This document shows positions 60,707 to 64,000 of a DNA stretch of 64,000 bases, one piece after another. Both the position numbers and the translations under genes were made by a program. Under the pieces are notes generated by a model. That model was not told the DNA's origin, did no database searches, and saw only the letters and a program-made list of their open reading frames with translations. The DNA is taken from the NCBI RefSeq assembly GCF_009914755.1, contig NC_060934.1; one strand, written 5' to 3'. Source of the stretch: the human T2T-CHM13v2.0 reference genome, Homo sapiens. Position 1 is the first letter of the stretch. Every line of letters starts with the position of its first letter.

Positions 60707-62559
60707 TGACCTCAGGTGATCCTCCCCACTCAGTCTCCCAAAGTACTGGGATTACAGGTGTGAGCCACCATGTCTGGCCTCAACTCATCTTTAAATCCCC
60801 AGCAACTACCACAATTGACTTGGAATCTGAAAGATAAATATAAATTCACATTCAATTTAAATGAATAATAATACAACTAAAAGAAAACATAAAGATGGTC
60901 AAGCCCAAGACCCTCAGTTTACAGAGAAAAAAACCACAGTTCATAAGGGCGAAGTGACTTACCCAATGTCACAGAGGAAAAGCAGGGTTAACTAAGACTC
61001 CCGCCTTTCAGCAGACCTAAGGACAATGTGTGGTACATAGAAAACACACAATGCTTGGAATGAAGTCCTTCCTTTAAATTAAAAAAGTTGTTGTGTAACA
61101 CACACCAGAATCTCAAAATTTACTAAACTGGCAATCCCCAGTTGCAGCGGCAGTGAATACTTAATCATTAGGGAGCAGGCAGAAGCGAAGGAAGGAAAAT
61201 GTATTGATTCTACTAAGGTTAATCTCCCTTGAAGTCCTCAATTACTTTTCAGGGCACAGAGAAGCCATGCTCTCAGTACCTCAAGTCAGCTTACTGTCCT
61301 CTAAACAGATTTTTTCTAAGAGCTCATGTGTGTGAGGGCTGTATTTGCCAAGCAAAAAGATGGCCTTTGCTGGTAGTGTTAAAAAACATTTTTTTTCCCT
61401 TAAAACGCAGTCTGATATTTTATTCAAACAACTTCTGATGTGATGACCTGTTTAGTTAATGGAGAAAGAACAGCCTGAAGGAAGAAAACACGGGGTTTAT
61501 TTCTGGCCTTCTGCTCTCTGAAACAAAGGACAAGGCACTTTCCTTCGGCTCTCTCAGAGTTAGCCGAGTTAGAGCTCTCCACCATAAAACGCCAGGACAG
61601 GGCAAAGAGGGGGCCGACCATCTCAAACACCATGGGATTCTAAGTGGGGGCTGACCATCTCAAATACCCTGGGAGTCTAAGGGTTAATTTTGAGGTAACC
61701 TCCTACAGATGGTTTTATGGGGACAACTGAAAACTCTCTTTAAAAAAGTACGACTTGGTAATTTAAAATTTACTGGAACAGTTAAATATGTAGACATGCT
61801 AGTGAAAGAGAACAAATCAACCTGAGTATAAAGGATGAATAACTCATTTTACCTACCCTAGAGACACTTATAGTGTATAGAGAGATATTTCACAATAAAC
61901 CTTTGGATGTACAAAGATCAACAGAATAAAAAAGGAGTGAAACTCTCCTTTCACTAGGTCTGGAAGAGAGAAGGAAGCTTAGTTCTTAAAAAACACCACA
62001 GAGAGTTCTGATGCATAGCCTAGTTGAAAAGCATTTCTAGAGTGATTTTGTAACCACTGTGCTGCCATTTAACGAATTTCCTCGTTTTTGACTCATAGTT
62101 AATAAATTATCACTATTAATATGCATTTTTTTGTGTACAGGTAATATAATATGTTCATCAAGATGGTAAGCTCCTTGAAGAAAAGCACCGTGGTTTATCA
62201 TTCTATCTGTTTTGCTGAGACCACTTAGCACTGGGATGAGTATGGAATAGCTTGGAATGACTTTCAATGTGAGTGAAATGTCTGGCAGGAAAAGGCAGGC
62301 TTTGAGAGGCTCCCCAGGAGGGCACAGCCCACTGCTCTGAGGAGTGGAATAAATTCTTGGAGGCAGGATGGGCCAGTGAAAACTCTCTGTGCAGACCCTG
62401 GTGACATCATCTGCTAGCTACATGTCCTTAGTATCTTAATGTCCCTACATCCATAGCTATAAAATACCGTACTGGGGGCCTGACAATAAAGAAAACAACA
62501 CATGGCACAGGGACATTTCAGGGAGATGGCATTTTAGGAGAAATGGAACGCCAACTCAC

Positions 62560-62600
62560 CCGGACCCTGGTCATTTCTTACTCCCAGAGGGGATGGATTC
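62560..62600 (-). other. ZNF239: 41-nt exon carrying the putative ancestral start codon (MTRVR)
   Basis: Branch point CCCTAAC, then CTTTCCAG|GAATCC...ATGACCAGGGTCCGG|GTGAGT; ATG at 62574-62572; phase 0. Confidence 0.8.
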
Positions 62601-62829
62601 CTGGAAAGGCAGAGTTAGGGAAAGAGAAAAAGCCATGAAAATCAAGTCCAGCAAGACTGCGGGGAAAAAGTTACTCCGCTCCTGCCTCTGACGCTTCTTC
62701 AGTCACTTCCACCCACACTCCCTCCATCAGGTGAGAGGTGAAGCATTTTCTGTCACCACCTTCATCTCTCTCCACAGGGCTTTCGATTAAACAAGCCAAG
62801 TTTTCCCCCCAAAACCAAGAGGCTAGGTA

Positions 62830-63660
62830 AATTCCGCAGCCGCCGGCAGCTCGAAGCCGTGCCCATTTCCTCTGACTTTCCCGATCTCTGTCCTAAAGTT
62901 CTAGTTAAGAGGAGAAGCTTCTCGGGATGGATTTCGGTTGCCCAAGACGCCTTCCCCGACCTCATTCTCAGGAGCCTGGCTCGTTCCTGCGGTGCGGGGG
63001 CTCAGATGCAAGCTCTTTTCAGCGAAGGCAGTGCTGCGGACAGAAACCTCAGTCTCTTACAGGAGCCCCCGTCCGTCGCCTAACGTCCACCGAAAACCCC
63101 CCTGCAATAACGCCCGTCACAGGCGAGGAAAAGGCCGGCGTGGCCAACCACGAAGCCCCCAGCCGGCCCAGGCCAGAGCTCGGCCAGGAGGGAGGAGGGG
63201 CCATCGGAGGCGCGGCCGCTCAGCTGCAGGGCCCCACAGGCTTCGGTGTGGCCGCAGCCCGGCCCCGGGGGCGCAGCAGCTCGGAAATGCGGCGCCGGGA
63301 CACACGTGCCGCCGCGGGCCGCGCCTCCGCTGGTCGCGTGCCCTACCATCGCCGCCCTCCCGGCTTCCGCAGCTCGGCGGCCCAGCGCCTTACCCGCGGC
63401 ACACCCATTTCCTGACCCCTGAACGCCTCTGCCAGCGGCTGGGGAAGCCCGGCCAGTCTCACCTCCCACGTGGAACCCCACGCCTGCAGGGGCCAGATTC
63501 CGGATGCTGACCGCTCGCGCGCCTAGGGCCCCGAAATACAAGTCCCAGCAAGCCGCGGGCGAACCACGCCCACTTCCGGCGCGGGCCCCTGAACTCTGCG
63601 CTGTGCGGAGCGGGATTCTTGGGCGGAGGGGACCATCTTTGAGTCAGCGACGCGTGTATT
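62830..63660 (-). promoter_or_regulatory. ZNF239: CpG island promoter and exon 1 of ZNF239
   Basis: High GC and CpG content. Donors GAG|GTGAGA (exon end 63463) and CGG|GTAAGG (exon end 63394). ZNF143/SBS-like AATACAAGTCCCAGCAAGC at 63535-63553, ETS CACTTCCGG at 63571-63579, GC box at 63621-63630 and AP-1 TGAGTCA at 63640-63646. Confidence 0.85.
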
Positions 63661-64000
63661 CAAGTCCTCCTCCTCGTTTTTTATTACAAACAAATAAGAA
63701 TTATTTTAGGAATACCTGTTAAGGTGATTTTCATTTGTTAAAATACTATTGGGGGAAAAGGATGTAAATACCCATAATTTCATCTTTACCTTTCAAAACA
63801 TTCTGAAGTGAATATTTGCCATTCGGCATCTTCCATCTCACCTCTGAAGTTCATCCATTTAACAGATATTAATTGAGAGCCAACTGTGTACCAGGAGCTG
63901 TTCAAGATGCTTGCACAAAAGTCACTGCCCTATTCTAGTTGGGGAAACAAGCAATCCATAAATATAGTAAATATATGGCGTCGTGTGTGTCATGAGGTGG

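Noticed and set aside
62762-63722. Overlapping 150-190 aa ORFs
   Set aside because: Stop-poor GC-rich CpG island; low-complexity Arg/Gly/Pro/Ala products.

Overview
Primate (most likely human) genomic DNA, very rich in repeats. One intact protein-coding gene is present on the - strand: a 458-aa protein with 9 intact C2H2 fingers that I recognise as ZNF239 (MOK2), with its CpG-island promoter at about 62.8-63.7 kb. A multiply disabled ZNF33/ZNF248-like zinc-finger exon lies on the + strand (12.2-14.2 kb). The rest is a HERV-L provirus with an MLT2A LTR next to an older ERVL pol, a near full-length L1PA, MaLR and MER11 LTRs, a truncated SVA, MER82/MER58 DNA transposons, old L1M and dozens of Alus. 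The best signal is that the 'KRAB-less' ZNF239 still carries its ancestral start exon and an intact 127-nt KRAB-A exon with a single TGA. If these are spliced, they form an in-frame 21-codon uORF, with a possible 4-nt donor shift that toggles an N-terminally extended isoform. Two local templated insertions are also visible. I found no CRISPR array or prokaryotic system. Repeat subfamily names and gene identity come from memory, not database searches, and repeat boundaries are approximate.
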